Positions 60,543 through 64,000 of a DNA stretch of 64,000 bases are shown piece after piece. The DNA is from an uncultured Bacilli bacterium (GTDB taxonomy: Bacteria; Bacillota_I; Bacilli_A; RF39; UBA660), in NCBI GenBank assembly GCA_950097225.1, contig CATNCE010000002.1, positions 5,495-69,494 on the forward strand, given 5' to 3'. Each line of letters begins with the position of its first letter. The stretch's first letter is position 1. The position numbers were made by a program, and so were the translations under genes. The notes under the pieces are model-generated. The model ran no database searches, was not told where the DNA came from, and was given only the letters and a program-made list of their open reading frames with translations.

Positions 60543-62411
60543 CTATTTAGCTAATTCTTCACAAATTAAATTAGTAATCTCTGTTGGGTTATCGATTGGC
60601 AATCCTTCAATTAAGCGTGCTTGGGCATAAAGAATTTTAGCATATCTTTTTAACTCTTCCTCATCTTTAATGCTCTCTAGTTTCTTAGCAAGTTCATGAT
60701 TTTCATTTATCTCAAGGATTTTTTCGGCATTAACTTGTTCGTCAGTTGGCATAGCATTAATAACTTTTTCCATTTCTATTGTTACATTACCCTTACTAGT
60801 TAAACATACAGCATGTTTTTTTAGTTTATTAGTAAAGCGAATCTCTTTAACATCGATGGCTGATTGCATAGTCTTAAACATATTTTCAGCACTTTCATTG
60901 TGTTTTTTTATTTGCTCTTTTTCCTCATCAGTTGATAGATCACTTTCAGAAGTAGCGATATTAGTAAATTTCTTATCATTGTAATTGATAAGTGTTTGTA
61001 GTACAAATTCATCAACATAATCCGTACAATAAAGTATTTCAATATCTTTATCTTTGTAGCTTTCCACAACAGGTAAATTGTCTACCTTATCTAAAGATTC
61101 GCCGCAGCAATAATATATTTTATCTTGCTCTTTATTGTTATCGACATATTCTTGTAAGGTAATTAATTTTTTAGTTTTAGAAGAGGTAAATAACAATAAA
61201 TCCTTTAATTTGTCTTTATTAACTCCAAAGTTATCGTAAACACCAAATTTAATATTAGCTCCAAAAACTTTGAAGAACTTTTCATAGTTTTCACGATCTT
61301 GGCTACGCATATCCATAAGTTCTTTAGTAATTTTGGTTTCGATTGATTTAGCTATAGTCTTTAGAGTTTTATCTTGTTGAAGAATTTCACGAGAGATATT
61401 TAGGGATAAATCAGGCGAATCAACTACACCTTTAACGAAGTTATAATAATCAGGTAATAACTCGGCGCATTTTTCCATAATTAAGACACCATTTGAGTAT
61501 AATTGTAAGCCCTTTTCATAGTTCTTAGTATAAAAATCATATGCTGGATGAGATGGAATGAATAGTAAAGAATTATAGCTTACTACTCCCTCTGTTTGAT
61601 TGTGAATAACTTTTAATGGGGATTCATAATCAAAGAATTTATCAGAATAAAATGTGTTATAGTCTTCATCTTTTATTTTGGATTTAGTGCGTTTCCAGAT
61701 AGGAATCATATCGTTTAGAGTTTCTTCACGAGTGACATCCTCATACTCGTTTTCACTATTTTCTTTTAACTCGCGATGAGTCATATTCATCATTATTGGA
61801 TATGTAATATAATCAGAATACTTTTTAATAATTGATGATATTTTGTGTTCTGATAAAAATTCTTCATAGTCATAATCATCTGTAGAATCTTTAATTGTTA
61901 GTGTAATTGTTGTTCCGTAATCTTCCTTAGATGACTTTGCAATATCATATCCGTCAATTCCTGTTGAAGTCCATTTATAAGATTCATCACTGCCATAAGC
62001 CTTACTGATAACTTCTATTTTAGATGCTACCATAAATGCTGAATAAAAACCAACTCCAAACTGCCCTATAATATCGATATCATCCGCTTTTTTATTAGTT
62101 GATTTAAAAGCTTCCGACCCAGATTTAGCAATAGTTCCTAGATTAGTCTCTAATTCATCTTTAGTCATACCAATACCATTATCAGTAATAGTTAGAGTTT
62201 TATTATTTTTATCAATACTTAAACCTATTTTAAAATCACTTTTATTAATCTTAATAGAATCGTCAGTTAAAGACTTATAATATAATTTATCGATTGCATC
62301 ACTTGCATTAGAAATAAGTTCACGTAAGAATATTTCTTTGTTAGTATAAATTGAATTAATCATTAAATCCATTAACTTTTTAGATTCTGCTTTAAATTGT
62401 TTTTTTGCCAT
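60543..62411 (-). CDS. htpG: Molecular chaperone HtpG (Hsp90)
   Basis: FLRELISNASDAIDK, DNGIGMT, GQFGVGFYS. Confidence 0.95.
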   Translation of the reverse strand: MAKKQFKAESKKLMDLMINSIYTNKEIFLRELISNASDAIDKLYYKSLTDDSIKINKSDFKIGLSIDKNNKTLTITDNGIGMTKDELETNLGTIAKSGSEAFKSTNKKADDIDIIGQFGVGFYSAFMVASKIEVISKAYGSDESYKWTSTGIDGYDIAKSSKEDYGTTITLTIKDSTDDYDYEEFLSEHKISSIIKKYSDYITYPIMMNMTHRELKENSENEYEDVTREETLNDMIPIWKRTKSKIKDEDYNTFYSDKFFDYESPLKVIHNQTEGVVSYNSLLFIPSHPAYDFYTKNYEKGLQLYSNGVLIMEKCAELLPDYYNFVKGVVDSPDLSLNISREILQQDKTLKTIAKSIETKITKELMDMRSQDRENYEKFFKVFGANIKFGVYDNFGVNKDKLKDLLLFTSSKTKKLITLQEYVDNNKEQDKIYYCCGESLDKVDNLPVVESYKDKDIEILYCTDYVDEFVLQTLINYNDKKFTNIATSESDLSTDEEKEQIKKHNESAENMFKTMQSAIDVKEIRFTNKLKKHAVCLTSKGNVTIEMEKVINAMPTDEQVNAEKILEINENHELAKKLESIKDEEELKRYAKILYAQARLIEGLPIDNPTEITNLICEELAK

Positions 62412-62481
62412 AATTGTTCTCCTTTTAACTTGTTACAATTATGTTATATCACAGTATATTAGCACTGTCAATACATAAGTG

Positions 62482-63303
62482 CTAATATATATTTTCTTTT
62501 AATAAGTCGATAATCTTCTTGCGGAGAATTTGATTTTCCTCAGTAAGAGATAAGTCCCCTACTTTGTAAGGGGTTCCATATCTTATGGTGATATCTTTGC
62601 TGCGAAAACGATAATGCCCAGTAATTACGGAGGGAATTATGTAAGATCCCGTCTTTTTAGCAAGAGATACTGCCCCATACTTAAAATCTAAAAGCATGGC
62701 ATCTAAGTATTCATCCTGAGTAATGATGCCTCTTTTTACTAGACTACTTAAATAGACTTCTATATTAAAAATATTATTAATAAATTCATCATACGTTATT
62801 TTATTAGTATTTTTTAGTTCGATTAATTTATCTAAAGTTGATGTTTTGGTATACTTAAGTTTTTTTTGGAATGTTTTAAATGAACAGGCAAAATAGTATT
62901 CATAATAAATACTCTTTAGCCTATCAAGTTTCAATTTATTTCTTGTTCCTTCAGGAAAAAGACCGATAGCACTCATTTTGTTTAAAACATTCTTAGCTTC
63001 CATGCTCGCATATTCATCTTTTTTACTGCGATCAACGGGAATGCAGCCGACATGAGAAAATAGAAAACGTTTTAAAGGAGAATCAAAGTACTCTTTTTTT
63101 GCTAAATATTTTATAAATTCCTTTGTGCTAATAATGGTGTTGAATTGATCATATAAGTGGTAATGATTACTAACGATTATCTTGCTGCCAGGAATTTGGA
63201 GATTTTCTTTTCCATAGATCTTAGGGTTATAGTAAAGTTTGAACAAAGGCGATAGTAAAAAACGTCCTACTCGATATATTATGGGCATTTTATTCATCAT
63301 CAC
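62482..63303 (-). CDS. Lysophospholipid (1-acyl-sn-glycerol-3-phosphate) acyltransferase family protein with an internal insertion
   Basis: NHYHLYD (HX4D) and FPEGTRN blocks, with ~85 extra residues before the FKYGAVSLAKKTGSYIIP block. Confidence 0.7.
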   Translation of the reverse strand: MMMNKMPIIYRVGRFLLSPLFKLYYNPKIYGKENLQIPGSKIIVSNHYHLYDQFNTIISTKEFIKYLAKKEYFDSPLKRFLFSHVGCIPVDRSKKDEYASMEAKNVLNKMSAIGLFPEGTRNKLKLDRLKSIYYEYYFACSFKTFQKKLKYTKTSTLDKLIELKNTNKITYDEFINNIFNIEVYLSSLVKRGIITQDEYLDAMLLDFKYGAVSLAKKTGSYIIPSVITGHYRFRSKDITIRYGTPYKVGDLSLTEENQILRKKIIDLLKENIY

Positions 63304-64000
63304 TACCTATATCGCTTTGTAATTTTAAAAAGTCGACCTTCCCGAGTTTGGTTTTTGGAAGTTGTTTGCGGTAGACAAAAGAAGAAGGAATCATATAGGG
63401 AGCTAAATATTTTTTACAATGTTCTTTTAATTCGGAGGTAATATTCATACTTTTTTTAGATTCTTTTAAAACGATGAATGCTTTGGCTACTTCTTTTTTA
63501 TATGGATGAGGAATCCCGACAACACTGCATTGTAAGACTGAAGGATGGCTTTCAATAACTTCCTCTATGTGAGCGGGATAGACGTTGTAGCCGCTCGTGA
63601 TAATCATTCTTTTTTGACGCCCTTGATAAAATAGGAAGCCATCTTTATCCATGTAGCCAAGGTCGCCTGTATGAAGCCATACGTGCCCATCATCGTGAAC
63701 TTGAAGTGCAGTGTTAGTCTCAGTTTCGGCATTTAAATAGCCTAACATAAGGGCTTTAGAATGAATAACTATTTCCCCAATTTTTCCTGGTTTTAAAGTC
63801 TTACGCGTTGAGGGATCGATAATTTTAATGTGATTAGATGGAAGAGGTACCCCAACAGAACCAGACTTATTAACTTTATCATATCCAAGTGTCACAGCAG
63901 CTAAAGCCTCAGATAAGCCATAACCTTGAGTTATTTTAACTTTTGAGCCATGTTTGGCAAGATAAGTATTTATTTCCATTTCAAGATTAGGATTTAATAC
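63290..64000 (-). CDS. AMP-dependent synthetase/ligase (long-chain fatty acid-CoA/ACP ligase-like), C-terminal 236 aa; the 5' end lies outside the window
   Basis: The frame is open to nt 64000. ITQGYGLSE, WLHTGDLGYMDKDGFLFYQGRQKRMI and the terminal lysine LPKTKLGKV. Its stop overlaps the acyltransferase start by 14 nt. Confidence 0.8.
   Translation of the reverse strand, partial: VLNPNLEMEINTYLAKHGSKVKITQGYGLSEALAAVTLGYDKVNKSGSVGVPLPSNHIKIIDPSTRKTLKPGKIGEIVIHSKALMLGYLNAETETNTALQVHDDGHVWLHTGDLGYMDKDGFLFYQGRQKRMIITSGYNVYPAHIEEVIESHPSVLQCSVVGIPHPYKKEVAKAFIVLKESKKSMNITSELKEHCKKYLAPYMIPSSFVYRKQLPKTKLGKVDFLKLQSDIGSDDE

Overview
AT-rich Bacillota-type chromosomal segment, transcribed almost entirely on the minus strand. 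I saw no rRNA genes, CRISPR array, integrase or transposase. All family assignments come from reading motifs by eye, with no database search. Layout: (1) nt 1 to about 12.3 kb is one end of a conjugative element (ICE). It holds a giant polyvalent ArdC-like/N6-adenine methyltransferase ORF that the supplied ORF track misses because it runs off the window, two small ORFs, a sortase, a thioester-domain/Cna-B surface adhesin with a VPSTG sorting signal, a K/E-rich secreted protein, and ParB and ParA. (2) 12.2-15.2 kb is a 2.9-kb cassette bracketed by 67-bp imperfect direct repeats. It carries a HEPN (Rx4H) ApeA-like protein, a frameshifted gene remnant and a KilA-N protein. (3) 15.2-21.7 kb holds accessory genes: a TmrB-like P-loop protein, two large uncharacterised exported proteins, a UDG-superfamily protein, a Pcp-like peptidase and a standalone ABC/SMC-like ATPase. 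(4) 21.7-64 kb is core genome: lepB, rplS, tgt, queA, ruvBA, polC, rpoC, rpoB, greA, the ireB-ruvX-yrzB-mltG-trmR-yrrN-yrrO block, trxA, cvpA, rnhC, holA, tRNA-His, mntP, tspO, htpG, a plsC-like gene and an acyl-CoA/AMP ligase. Main second-look items: (a) a TnpV-family ORF with its own AGGAG ribosome-binding site lies fully nested, out of frame, inside the giant ICE polyvalent gene. (b) Two paralogous secreted-protein genes sit directly behind ruvB and rpoC. Each has a duplicated ~110-bp 5' module with TTGACA-N17-T(A)17 and a 14-bp palindrome, which suggests phase variation or reiterative transcription. (c) The HEPN/KilA-N cassette abuts the ICE parA end and is flanked by direct repeats. (d) PolC is about 1918 aa, with several discrete insertions, one of them inside the proofreading exonuclease domain.
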